A DNA stretch of 64,000 bases, taken from Candidatus Aenigmatarchaeota archaeon (GTDB lineage Archaea; Aenigmatarchaeota; Aenigmatarchaeia; CG10238-14; SCSR01). The notes beneath the pieces were generated by a model. The model had not been told where the DNA came from, did no database searches, and worked only from the letters and a program-made list of their open reading frames with translations. The position numbers and the translations under genes were made by a program. Within the stretch, counting starts at the first letter, position 1. Every line of letters starts with the position of its first letter. This document shows, in pieces, positions 9,100-18,353 of this stretch. The stretch lies in NCBI GenBank assembly GCA_038998335.1, contig JAVZHQ010000001.1:738038-802037 (forward strand). The letters are read 5' to 3'.

Positions 9100-11783
9100 A
9101 GCTTAACATACCTCCCTCTTGCTTCGCCAAAATAAAATAGAACTTCTCCCCCACAAACAGAACATTTTCCTATCAAAGGAACTCTTCTAAAAGTCTTATT
9201 GCATTTGTTACAGACAAAGCCTTCAAAATCATTTAAAACTTCCTCTTGTTTTTTGTGGTTAAAAGCTTCAGAAATAGATAAAAGCCTTCCAAAACTTATT
9301 AGCTCAGATTTCTTTATTCCTAAAGCATCGAAAACTCTTTCTAAAGGTGGTAAAACTTGACTTTCAATGTAATATCTTGAATCAATCTTTAAGTTATGAG
9401 CTTTTACATATTCTGGATCCTCTGCTCTTTCTGAAAGCATTTGTGTACCTTGAACTATAACGTAACCTATTCTGTCGCCAATCCCAGGAGCTCCTGCTGG
9501 CGACCTTTTTCTTAACTTTTTAACAAGCTCAATATGGGGCTGAATTCCTTTGTATTCTTTTAAAGATTTTGTGATTCCTCTTGTTATAACCAATTCTTCA
9601 ATAGGAATCTCATTCCTGTTTAACTTCCCTAAAACTTCTCTAACATATTTTAAAGCTTTTTTGGGGTTTTGCTCTTTTAGAATTATATCTATAACCTTGT
9701 ACAAGGTTTTGGAAACTAAATCACACCAATCTCTTCTAACAGTTTCTATTCCTTTCATCACTATCTTATCTTTCCATTCACCATTAGATTTTTCAAAGTT
9801 CCAGCCTGCATACCTTTTTTTGGTTAAAACGAGCAATGTTTTGAATATTCCTTCGATTTTCATTTTAACTATGCCTTCATGCTCTTTATTTATAAAATCA
9901 GAAAGCTCTTCCCCAAGTTTCAAAGCCTCTTCTAGATCAAGAGTTGGGAGCTTAACCATTATAGAATCTGTGTCACCATAAACAACTTCATAGCCCTTTT
10001 TGGTTTCAACTATTTTTTTCGTTTTTTCTATTAGAAATCTCCCGCAACTTGTTATTGCATTAGCAATTTCCAAAACATAAAGCCTTGCTCTTACATAACC
10101 AGTATAACCATAAAAAGCGTTTGCCATTATTTTCAAAGCATACTGTTTTGAATCCAAAACCTTTTTTTCATTTTCGTTCTTAGCTTTTTCCATCTCTTTT
10201 TTAACCTTATCTCTTTCTTCTATTAAAAATTTTAAAATTTTTGGAATTATTCCTTCTCTTACTTCCCTTTTAACAAACAAAGCTCCAGAAGGTGTTTTTA
10301 TAGTTTCTCCCTCACTCTCTTTGATAACTAAGGTTGTCGGGCAAATGTTAAAGGAGATGAAGATTGAAGGATACATGGAACGAAAATCTAAGTAAGCAAC
10401 GCAATTTGTGTGTAAGCCAACTTTTGGTTCAAGAACCAAAGCTCCTTTCAAACCTTTTGCTTCCCTTTCTTCCATTCTTTTAAAAACCTCTTCAGAAGAA
10501 GGTTTTGTTGGAATCACAAAACCTCTTTTGTTGAACTCTCTTAACAATAAATTTTCTACTCTTGCGCTTTCTCTACTATCCAAAACATCTTGTAAAAGTA
10601 AGCCAGAAACTTTTGAAAGTTCAATGAACTTACTCAGCATATCCTTTTCGAGTAAAAGTTTAAGTGTAAGCTCTGCATCCTTTCTTGCATAGTTTATTAG
10701 CTCATGTTTCTGCTCCTCTGAACCATTCCAGTATTTTGAAATCTCACTATGGGTTATGTCTATTTTCTCCTCTTTTAACAATTCCTTAGCAACATCTCCT
10801 AAGCCGTATCTCTTAAGCCTCAACAAACCCTTTTCAACAGCCTCCTTAACAAGTTCATAAACATCAACTACAATTCTTCCAAAAGAGGAATGTCTGTACC
10901 TTATTCCAACTTTTTTGGAGTTCGTGGATTTTTGCTGACATCTTCCCAAAAGCCTTGGAATTTTATTCACTCTTAATCTTTCGAGAATGTAAGGTAAATC
11001 AAAATTATTTATGTTATAACCAACTATTATATCTGGATCAAAATTTTTCACTATCTCGATAAACTCTTGCAACATTTCACTTTCATTAGAAAAAACGAGG
11101 ACATCCTTTTCAAACCTTTTTATTGGTTTAGAAACAAGAACCAAAGTGTTATTATTCTCGTAAGCTGGGAAAAAAGAAAGACTTATTATTATTATTGGGT
11201 CTTTAACTGGATTTGGGATACCTTCTTTACCTGGAGCAACTTCTATATCCAAACTCAAGTACTTGAAACTAACGTTTGTTTTCTCTTCTACTTCTTCAAA
11301 TTTACTCGCGTTTATTATTTTGTCTGCCTTTACAAGAATTGTGTTCGCGCTTTCACCTTCTACTTTTATCCAACCCATTCCAGAAATGTTAAAGTCTGCC
11401 ATAAAACGATATTTAAAGAGAATGTCTGCTTCAAAAATTTTTTCAATAAAATTTTTTTTGTTTAACTCTTCCCTAATCTCTGGAACTTTTGAAGGGTCGT
11501 TAACAGTTACTCTCAGCATTTTTGTTTTGTTTTTGGTAAAACCTATGGGCAAGAATTTTTCCTCTTCCCTTATTTCTACTAGTAAAGAAGAAAATGTTTT
11601 TTTCATGAACTCAACAAATTCTTCTTCACAATTTTTCTTTGGTAAGACATAAAAATACGGTAAAAACTTATCATAAAATGCGCAGACAGTTTTACCTTCT
11701 TTTGTCTTACCAAAAACTCTTAAGACTGGTTTATTGTTCAAAGGAATATAATCACAATCAAGAACCTGAAAAGTCACTTCCAT
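9096..11783 (-). CDS. polB: Family B DNA polymerase with C-terminal C4 Zn finger
   Basis: Exo I DIE, Exo II YNINNFD, Exo III YARKD; DFRSMYPS, KIMANAFYGY, YGDTDS, KKRY; tail CNKC...CSVC. Confidence 0.97.
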   Translation of the reverse strand: MEVTFQVLDCDYIPLNNKPVLRVFGKTKEGKTVCAFYDKFLPYFYVLPKKNCEEEFVEFMKKTFSSLLVEIREEEKFLPIGFTKNKTKMLRVTVNDPSKVPEIREELNKKNFIEKIFEADILFKYRFMADFNISGMGWIKVEGESANTILVKADKIINASKFEEVEEKTNVSFKYLSLDIEVAPGKEGIPNPVKDPIIIISLSFFPAYENNNTLVLVSKPIKRFEKDVLVFSNESEMLQEFIEIVKNFDPDIIVGYNINNFDLPYILERLRVNKIPRLLGRCQQKSTNSKKVGIRYRHSSFGRIVVDVYELVKEAVEKGLLRLKRYGLGDVAKELLKEEKIDITHSEISKYWNGSEEQKHELINYARKDAELTLKLLLEKDMLSKFIELSKVSGLLLQDVLDSRESARVENLLLREFNKRGFVIPTKPSSEEVFKRMEEREAKGLKGALVLEPKVGLHTNCVAYLDFRSMYPSIFISFNICPTTLVIKESEGETIKTPSGALFVKREVREGIIPKILKFLIEERDKVKKEMEKAKNENEKKVLDSKQYALKIMANAFYGYTGYVRARLYVLEIANAITSCGRFLIEKTKKIVETKKGYEVVYGDTDSIMVKLPTLDLEEALKLGEELSDFINKEHEGIVKMKIEGIFKTLLVLTKKRYAGWNFEKSNGEWKDKIVMKGIETVRRDWCDLVSKTLYKVIDIILKEQNPKKALKYVREVLGKLNRNEIPIEELVITRGITKSLKEYKGIQPHIELVKKLRKRSPAGAPGIGDRIGYVIVQGTQMLSERAEDPEYVKAHNLKIDSRYYIESQVLPPLERVFDALGIKKSELISFGRLLSISEAFNHKKQEEVLNDFEGFVCNKCNKTFRRVPLIGKCSVCGGEVLFYFGEARGRYVKL

Positions 11784-11792
11784 ATTTCTTAA

Positions 11793-12971
11793 TTATACAA
11801 AATCTATTTTAATAGTTTCTCTTGTTTTCAAGTTTACCAACCAAAAAGTAGGTTCAGTTAAAAAACTTCCGGTTGTTAAAATTGTAGTTCCTTTATAATT
11901 TAATATTGAAGGAATATGAAAATGACCGGAAGCAACAATATCTGGAATTAAATCTATAAGGAATGGGTTGTTTACATAAATTTCTTTACTTGAAGTTGGA
12001 ATTTGTCTTTTTCTTAAAAAGTTCAACAAAATTTTGTTCGGTTGGATATTTGTGAAAGAAAAAGGGAAGTTAAAGTTTGGGTGAAGAAGTAAGAAATTCA
12101 GAGATTTTTCAATTTTAAGTGAAGTTGGATTTAAAAATGAGTTTTTATTTTCTGGGTCGATTTCACCTTTCAACCAAGTGTAAGAATAATTTTTTGGTAA
12201 ATTATTAAACAATTTTTCGATATCTTCAAGTTTTGAAGATATATCGCCAAGAATAAAAACATAAAGTTTTTTGTAGTAGGAGTTGTTAACCCAATCTAAA
12301 AATTTCTCATAACTTTTTTTATTAAAATTTTTTTCATCCATATGAAAATCCGAAACAAAAAGGCAAAAAATTTCTTCTGTTGTTTTGTTTATCTCTTTTT
12401 TTAAAGGAATGTCTGGTAAAACGATTTTTTTAACAAAAATTCTTTCCCCTTCTTTCTCACAAACTAAACCTAGAATTTCATCTTCTAAAATAAACTTAAA
12501 ATCTTCCTCTAAATTTTCAAAATAAACAGCTTGCTCGCCTGTAAAATCTTCAACAACCAAACTTTTTTCTTCTTCATTTTTTTCTTTAACCATAACTATC
12601 AAAGAAAACTTCCTTGTTCTCTGTGAAATCTTGTTTATAGAAATCAAGTTTACTAGATCAAAATGTTTGGTTAAGAGTTTTCTTATTTCCTCATATTTTA
12701 AGGAAAGAAAGTTCGTATAATCTGAAACGCTTAAAATTTTTTCTTCCTTCTTAGGAGTTTTCAAGATATCGATTTGATAAAAAATTTTACTTTCTATTTC
12801 TTTTAAAATTTCGGTTGTTATTATCAAAGGGTAGTTTGGTAATTTTTTTAGTTCTTCTAAGTAGTATTTTATGTTTTTTCTTTCAAGTAAATACTCTAAA
12901 GCTTCAGGATGTAGTTGAAAACCATTTTTTAAAAACTCTTTTATTATTTCTTGTCTTTCCATAGAATCCAT
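11793..12971 (-). CDS. PolD small subunit (DP1) / polymerase B-subunit-like protein with degenerate phosphoesterase motifs
   Basis: N-terminal helical domain (FLKNGFQLHPEAL), OB-fold-like VMVKEK...VEDFTGE, PDIP linker, SDFH, GD and GHFH motifs, C-terminal VNLKT. Confidence 0.8.
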   Translation of the reverse strand: MDSMERQEIIKEFLKNGFQLHPEALEYLLERKNIKYYLEELKKLPNYPLIITTEILKEIESKIFYQIDILKTPKKEEKILSVSDYTNFLSLKYEEIRKLLTKHFDLVNLISINKISQRTRKFSLIVMVKEKNEEEKSLVVEDFTGEQAVYFENLEEDFKFILEDEILGLVCEKEGERIFVKKIVLPDIPLKKEINKTTEEIFCLFVSDFHMDEKNFNKKSYEKFLDWVNNSYYKKLYVFILGDISSKLEDIEKLFNNLPKNYSYTWLKGEIDPENKNSFLNPTSLKIEKSLNFLLLHPNFNFPFSFTNIQPNKILLNFLRKRQIPTSSKEIYVNNPFLIDLIPDIVASGHFHIPSILNYKGTTILTTGSFLTEPTFWLVNLKTRETIKIDFV

Positions 12972-12978
12972 AGAATTA

Positions 12979-13236
12979 TTATCTTTTTAATATATAAACT
13001 GTAAGACCTTTCTTACCTTCTTTTTTAGAGTGAGGAGTAGGAATGGATTCTACTTTACCAACTTCAACTAACTCCTCTAAATATTTAGAAATAGTATTCC
13101 AGCTTACTTCCTTTCCAATTCTTTTGCTAACCATGTTACGAATTGCGTTTATTGAGATTGGAGTATTTATTTCTCTCAAAACTTCTATTATAAGGTTTTG
13201 AACTTCAAACCTTTTACTAGGTCTGCCTCTTTTCAT
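12979..13236 (-). CDS. Small winged-helix DNA-binding protein
   Basis: RGRPS N-terminus, VSWNTISKYLEELVEVGKV recognition helix and wing. Confidence 0.7.
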   Translation of the reverse strand: MKRGRPSKRFEVQNLIIEVLREINTPISINAIRNMVSKRIGKEVSWNTISKYLEELVEVGKVESIPTPHSKKEGKKGLTVYILKR

Positions 13237-13322
13237 CTTTTCCCTTAAAGATTTTTTATAAATTTTCTAAATTAAGTATGAATAAGTAGTATAAAAAAGT
13301 TTAATTTTTAGAGTGAGGTTAT

Positions 13323-13395
13323 TTCATAAAAATTTTCTGAAAGTTCATAATTATTGTTTGAAAGTTCATAAAAATTTTCTGAAAGTTCATAAAAA
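13323..13395. repeat. Tandem 21-bp repeat array (three full units and one partial)
   Basis: TTCATA at 13323, 13344, 13365 and 13386; units 1 and 3 are identical (TTCATAAAAATTTTCTGAAAG). Confidence 0.9.
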
Positions 13396-13472
13396 ATATT
13401 AGTTATATTTTTTGGTTTTATTTTTAAACAAACAAAAACACTTACAGTTTATTCAAACTTTTTTCTAAAAAT

Positions 13473-13856
13473 TTATAAAAATTTCATCAAACCATTTATC
13501 ATGAAAAATTTAATTATAATTGCTCGAACAAAATTTTCCTTTCCTTTTAGTGGTTCATAACTTGTTGGGTTAGAATGTTTTACCTTAATTAACAAGTTCA
13601 TCTTAACTAGTTTATTCAATCTTTTTCTCAACGCTTCTATACCTATCTTAAAATGATGAGTATTTTTCAGTTCACTATAAAGAAGTGGAAAACAATAAGG
13701 TTGGGTATCGTTTGGAAATTCTTTTCCAGTCATATAAAATTTTCTTAGAATTTGGATGTCAACAAAATCTAAACGTTCGATGAAATTCAGAATTTCATCT
13801 TTTATTTCTGTATTTTTTTCCAAAGAAATGTTTATAAACGAATCCACACTATTCAT
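13473..13856 (-). CDS. Hypothetical protein, probable winged helix
   Basis: DFVDIQILRKFY...EALRKRLNKLVKMNLLIK pattern. Confidence 0.6.
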   Translation of the reverse strand: MNSVDSFINISLEKNTEIKDEILNFIERLDFVDIQILRKFYMTGKEFPNDTQPYCFPLLYSELKNTHHFKIGIEALRKRLNKLVKMNLLIKVKHSNPTSYEPLKGKENFVRAIIIKFFMINGLMKFL

Positions 13857-13942
13857 TTTTACCCCATTTTTCTCTTATACTAAAACAAAATTGTGTTAAT
13901 TTTTTTCTCTTTAATAATAAATACATTTCGGTAATTCAGAAT

Positions 13943-14620
13943 TCATATCAAACTAATTATTTTCACGTCAACTTTTCCGTTAATAACATCAATTATTCCA
14001 CAATAACCCTCAGGAAATCTCCCAGGATTAATTATTTTTGTGGTTTCAATCTCATCCAAACCTCTTGCTTCATGTACATGTGAGCAAATAGCAACCTTAG
14101 GTTTATAATTTTCTATAAATTTTCTAACAGCTTCTGATCCTATGTGCGCTCCTGTATAAGCAATATCAACTTTTGAATTGAAAGGAGGAACATGGGTTAC
14201 TTGAACTTTTACTTCACAATTCTTTACTTTTTCATAACCTTTTTTTAAACCTTCTTCAATTTCATTTTCACTAGGTTCTAAAGGCGTGTGAAAAGGAGTT
14301 CTTGCCCCACCAAAACCATAGAAACCAATATTTTCTATTATTTTTCCTTCTCCATGTAGGTTTATCCCTTTTTCTTTAAACAATTCTATCAAATCTCTAT
14401 CAAAATTTCCTGGGATTGCTAGCATAGGCTTCTTAAAAGTCTTAAACTCTTCAATAATAAGCTCGCCAATATCTCTGGCTTCAAAACCCTTTGGAAGATT
14501 GTAGTCTGTAAAATCTCCAAGCAAAACTATAACATCAAAATTTATAAAAGAAATTTTATCAGTATAAGTGATTATGTTTTCTACATCGTTATGTATGTCG
14601 CTAACTGCTAAAATCCTCAT
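13943..14620 (-). CDS. Calcineurin-like metallophosphoesterase
   Basis: SDIH, GDFTD, PGNFD, HVPP and SHVHE motifs. Confidence 0.9.
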   Translation of the reverse strand: MRILAVSDIHNDVENIITYTDKISFINFDVIVLLGDFTDYNLPKGFEARDIGELIIEEFKTFKKPMLAIPGNFDRDLIELFKEKGINLHGEGKIIENIGFYGFGGARTPFHTPLEPSENEIEEGLKKGYEKVKNCEVKVQVTHVPPFNSKVDIAYTGAHIGSEAVRKFIENYKPKVAICSHVHEARGLDEIETTKIINPGRFPEGYCGIIDVINGKVDVKIISLI

Positions 14621-14655
14621 CAAACTCAATATATTAAATCTTTTATAAAAATAAA

Positions 14656-14988
14656 TTGATGGTAGTTAGCAAAAGAAAAGGCTACAGGGTTGAAAGAAAA
14701 ATAAGAAAAATTTTTGAAAGTTATGGTTGGAAAGTAGTTAGAGCAGGAGGAAGTCTTGGAGAAGCAGACCTTATTTGCATAAAAAATAAAAAATGTATTT
14801 TACTTCAAATCAAGTCAACAAACAAAGGTGTTTTATACTATTATGGTTATTCTTCTGATAAGTTTGAGGGGTTTCCATTTTATTTAATAGTTGACTTTGG
14901 TTACGGAAAAATAAAAATAACAAAACCAAAAGAAAAGATTACTTTGGAAGATGGGAAAGATTTAGAAACTTTTTTAAAAAAATATTAA
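14656..14988 (+). CDS. hjc: Holliday junction resolvase Hjc-like
   Basis: KGYRVER, VVRAGGS, DLI, QIKST motifs. Confidence 0.8.
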   Translation: MMVVSKRKGYRVERKIRKIFESYGWKVVRAGGSLGEADLICIKNKKCILLQIKSTNKGVLYYYGYSSDKFEGFPFYLIVDFGYGKIKITKPKEKITLEDGKDLETFLKKY

Positions 14989-15023
14989 AATAGAGTAAGC
15001 TATAATATTAAAGGGAAGATTTT

Positions 15024-15572
15024 ATGCCTGTGTTAGTTAAGGACATAATGAGCAAGCCTGCAGTGACAATAGAAGAGAATAAATCAGCAAGGGTTGCAGG
15101 CGAGCTAATGAAAAAAAAGAGGAAAGGAGCCTTAGTAGTCGTGAAAAACGGAAAACCTGTAGGTATTGTAACAGATAGCGATTTAATAAGGAAGGTTGTA
15201 GCAAAAAACCTGAAGCCTTCTGAAGTTAAAGTTAAAGATATAATGTCTAAGCCTTTGGTAACAATTAGCCCAGAGGAGAATATAATCGAAGCAAGCAGGA
15301 AAATGAAAAGAAGCAACATAAAAAGGTTGCCAGTAGTGGAAAATGGAAAAGTTGTTGGTGTGCTTTCCTTAACAGACATAGCAAAAACTTCTCCTGAAAT
15401 GCTTGATTTGCTTGAATATAGGTTAAGAATGAGGGAAGAACCTTTTGGTATAAAAGAAAAATTTACTTCAGGGATTTGTGAAAATTGTGGGAATTATAGT
15501 GAGCATTTAACCGAAGTTAACGATCAATGGATTTGTGAAGATTGTAAGGATGAGCTGGAAAGCGAATATTAA
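15024..15572 (+). CDS. CBS-pair protein with C-terminal Zn ribbon
   Basis: Two CBS repeats, then CENC...CEDC. Confidence 0.92.
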   Translation: MPVLVKDIMSKPAVTIEENKSARVAGELMKKKRKGALVVVKNGKPVGIVTDSDLIRKVVAKNLKPSEVKVKDIMSKPLVTISPEENIIEASRKMKRSNIKRLPVVENGKVVGVLSLTDIAKTSPEMLDLLEYRLRMREEPFGIKEKFTSGICENCGNYSEHLTEVNDQWICEDCKDELESEY

Positions 15573-15581
15573 AATGGTATT

Positions 15582-16052
15582 ATGCTTACTGATCAAATTA
15601 GAGAAATTCAAAAAGAAGTTCTGAATTTTAAAGAAGTACCGATAATAGTCGAAGGAAAAAAAGATGAAGAAGCTATAAGAAAGCTTGGCTTTCAAAAAAT
15701 TGTAAAAATTTCTGGAAAACCCTTGGAGAAAGTTTTTGAAGAAGTTAGCAATTACAAATCTGTGATTATTCTTTCAGATTTCGATGAGGAGGGTAAAAAA
15801 ATTTTTGCAAAATTGAGGGAATTACTCTCTTCGCATAGAATAAAAGTTCACACCTTTTTAAGGAACAAGATTAAATCAACCCTCAAAATCAAAAAAATTG
15901 AGGAAATCAACTCTTTAATAAAATTTATGGAGGATGATTACTATGGCAAAACTTGCTCAATCTACGATAAAATATTTAATAGAAGTAGAGTTTTCCTGCG
16001 ACGGGATGGTGGAAAAACCAGACGTAATAGGGGCAATATTCGGGCAAACTGA
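15582..16052 (+). CDS. Small TOPRIM domain protein
   Basis: IIVEGKKD and DFDEEG motifs. Confidence 0.85.
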   Translation: MLTDQIREIQKEVLNFKEVPIIVEGKKDEEAIRKLGFQKIVKISGKPLEKVFEEVSNYKSVIILSDFDEEGKKIFAKLRELLSSHRIKVHTFLRNKIKSTLKIKKIEEINSLIKFMEDDYYGKTCSIYDKIFNRSRVFLRRDGGKTRRNRGNIRAN

Positions 16053-16806
16053 AGGTTTGCTTGGTCAAGATTTGGATTTAAGGGAATTGCAAAGAAGTGG
16101 AAGAATAGGAAGAATTGACGTTGAACTTAACGTGACTGAAGAAGGAAAAACTATTGGTAAGTTCTTCGTTCCTTCAAGTCTTGATTCATCAGAAACAGCT
16201 TTACTAGCAGCTTCTTTTGAGACTATAGAAAGAATTGGGCCATGCAACGCAAAGGTTAAAGTTAAAACAGTAAAGGATGTGAGAAATGCTAAAAGAGATT
16301 ATGTTCTTAAAAGGGCGAATGAACTTTTAGAAAAACTTTTGAGCGAAGAGATTCCTTCAACTTCAAAGATTACTGAACTAATAAGGGAAAACGTGAGAGC
16401 TGCACAGATAACAGAATTTCAAGGCTTGCCAGCAGGCCCTGATGTTCAAAATTCAGACGAAATAATAATAGTCGAGGGAAGAGCAGATGTTGTTAACCTC
16501 TTGAAAAATGGGATTAAGAATGTTATCGCAATTGGAGGAGCAACGATACCTAAAACAATAATAGATTTGACAAAAGAAAAAGTGACAACTTTGTTTGTAG
16601 ACGGTGATAGAGGAGGAGAACTAATAATCAAAGAGCTTCTTAACCTCGGTGAAATTGATTATATAGCAAGGGCACCAGAAGGTAAGGAAGTGGAAGAACT
16701 AACAAAAAAAGAAATTTTTAAAGCTTTGAGAGAAAGGGTTTCTATCGAGCAGTATAAACCAGAAGTCAAAACTAAAGAGTTAACTGAATTTACCAAACAA
16801 TTATAA
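15943..16806 (+). CDS. dnaG: Archaeal DnaG primase-like protein (short form)
   Basis: DVIGAIFGQTEGLLG, VEGRADV, DGDRGG motifs; GGAGG before ATG 15943. Confidence 0.93.
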   Translation: MAKLAQSTIKYLIEVEFSCDGMVEKPDVIGAIFGQTEGLLGQDLDLRELQRSGRIGRIDVELNVTEEGKTIGKFFVPSSLDSSETALLAASFETIERIGPCNAKVKVKTVKDVRNAKRDYVLKRANELLEKLLSEEIPSTSKITELIRENVRAAQITEFQGLPAGPDVQNSDEIIIVEGRADVVNLLKNGIKNVIAIGGATIPKTIIDLTKEKVTTLFVDGDRGGELIIKELLNLGEIDYIARAPEGKEVEELTKKEIFKALRERVSIEQYKPEVKTKELTEFTKQL

Positions 16807-16851
16807 AAGCGTTACTTAAATTTAATAAATCAAAATAATTTTAGAAGAGAT

Positions 16852-17142
16852 ATGACCAAAGAAAATGAAAATGGGTACAAAGTTTTAATCTCAACCCTGA
16901 TAAAATGTGAAGAAAAAATAGTAGGTAAAGTTGCTATTACTATAGCAAAAGAAATTGAAGGTTTAGAAATTGACAACAAGGGTAATGTGGTAAAAGTTGT
17001 TAATGGTGAAGAGGCATTTGATGCCCTTTACCAAGAGTATAAAAAATATGGTTTTGGACTTGTTACAGCTATAATAAAACCACACATAAAAGAAGTTTTG
17101 AAAAAATATCCAAACCTTAAAATCCCTGAAGAATTAAGGTAA
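16852..17142 (+). CDS. Hypothetical protein
   Basis: 96-aa ORF with host-like composition filling the gap. Confidence 0.65.
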   Translation: MTKENENGYKVLISTLIKCEEKIVGKVAITIAKEIEGLEIDNKGNVVKVVNGEEAFDALYQEYKKYGFGLVTAIIKPHIKEVLKKYPNLKIPEELR

Positions 17143-17190
17143 AAGTTAACTTTTAAGGTTGCTGAGTTTAATAATATTTAAGGAGTAGTT

Positions 17191-18075
17191 ATGCAAACGA
17201 AAGAAAAAGTTTTACTCATCTTAGGTTTACTTAACTTTTTGGTTTTTGTTCAAGGTTTGGCTTTAAAAATTCCTGATTACATTCGAAGTTTACCTTTTAG
17301 AATTCCTGAACAAAGGCCAGAGTTAATTTCAGCTATGGAAATGTTCACACCTTTTGAAGTCTCAATTCAACTTTTAGTATTTTTCTTTTTCTTCATTACA
17401 CCAGGTTTTATATTTACTCTAGCTTTTTTCAAAGAGCTGACAAAATTGGAGAAAATTTTTCTATCTTTTACAATTTCCACACTTATTTTCGGGATTTTTG
17501 ATAATATTGGAGCTGGTATGCTAGGTCCTATGAATTATTATTCTATTTGTAGTACTACTTCTCTAATTTTTATAGTAGCTTTTTCTGTTTTAGGGCTCAT
17601 TTTCTTGTATGTTAAAAAAATTGGTTTGGGAGGTAAGCTATTTAAACTAATTTTTATAGTCACTTCAATTCTTTTCTTTTTATTACCTCTTTTAACCCTC
17701 AAAAACATTGAGTTTGGAACTTTGTTAAAGTTTGAAAAAACAATACCTTGGTGGTTTAACCCACCCTGCATTTGTTCTGAAGTTAACTTTTTGGTTGGGG
17801 TTGGCAGTTTATTAATTGTTCTCTTTTTGTTGAATTTTGTGGTTAAACTTAAAAGGGAACTTATCTTAATACCACTTTTACTTCTTTTGGGTTTTGTCTT
17901 CTTTTCTTCATCTAAGTTTTTAGACACTTACCATGGGATGCTTTCTTTTAGTTCACCAACCTTCTTAGTTTGGGTAGAAGATTTGGCTAATAAATCTGAG
18001 TTGTTAATGTTAATAAGTCTTTTAATCTTGCTTTTATTGAACCTGGAAATGTTGAGAGTGGTGAGAAAAATATGA
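17191..18075 (+). CDS. Multi-pass membrane protein (DUF1616-like segment)
   Basis: Many hydrophobic segments; PGF..TLAFF...LEKIFLS pattern; GGAG RBS. Confidence 0.65.
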   Translation: MQTKEKVLLILGLLNFLVFVQGLALKIPDYIRSLPFRIPEQRPELISAMEMFTPFEVSIQLLVFFFFFITPGFIFTLAFFKELTKLEKIFLSFTISTLIFGIFDNIGAGMLGPMNYYSICSTTSLIFIVAFSVLGLIFLYVKKIGLGGKLFKLIFIVTSILFFLLPLLTLKNIEFGTLLKFEKTIPWWFNPPCICSEVNFLVGVGSLLIVLFLLNFVVKLKRELILIPLLLLLGFVFFSSSKFLDTYHGMLSFSSPTFLVWVEDLANKSELLMLISLLILLLLNLEMLRVVRKI

Positions 18076-18353
18076 TGGTAACGATAATAAACTTAGTTTT
18101 GGCGTTTCTTTTATCGATAGTTTCGTTTGTAAATCTTCTTATAGTAAAGAAGAAAACAAAAGAAATTCCACAAACTTGGAATTATTTGGCAATAGGTTTC
18201 TTCTTTTTATTTCTTTCTCAAATAGCTATTTTTTTCAGAACGCTTTACCAACAACCTGCTTATTTCTTACAATTTTATAGCGAAGCCATCGCAATAGTTG
18301 GTGTATTCTTTGTATTGAGAGGGATTTTGATTTACCTTGGGAAATCAAGGTAG
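18072..18353 (+). CDS. Small three-TM membrane protein
   Basis: Three hydrophobic helices; ATGA overlap with upstream gene. Confidence 0.65.
   Translation: MMVTIINLVLAFLLSIVSFVNLLIVKKKTKEIPQTWNYLAIGFFFLFLSQIAIFFRTLYQQPAYFLQFYSEAIAIVGVFFVLRGILIYLGKSR

Noticed and set aside
13323-13395. 21-bp array as a CRISPR
   Set aside because: Units are contiguous with no unique spacers; units 1 and 3 are identical
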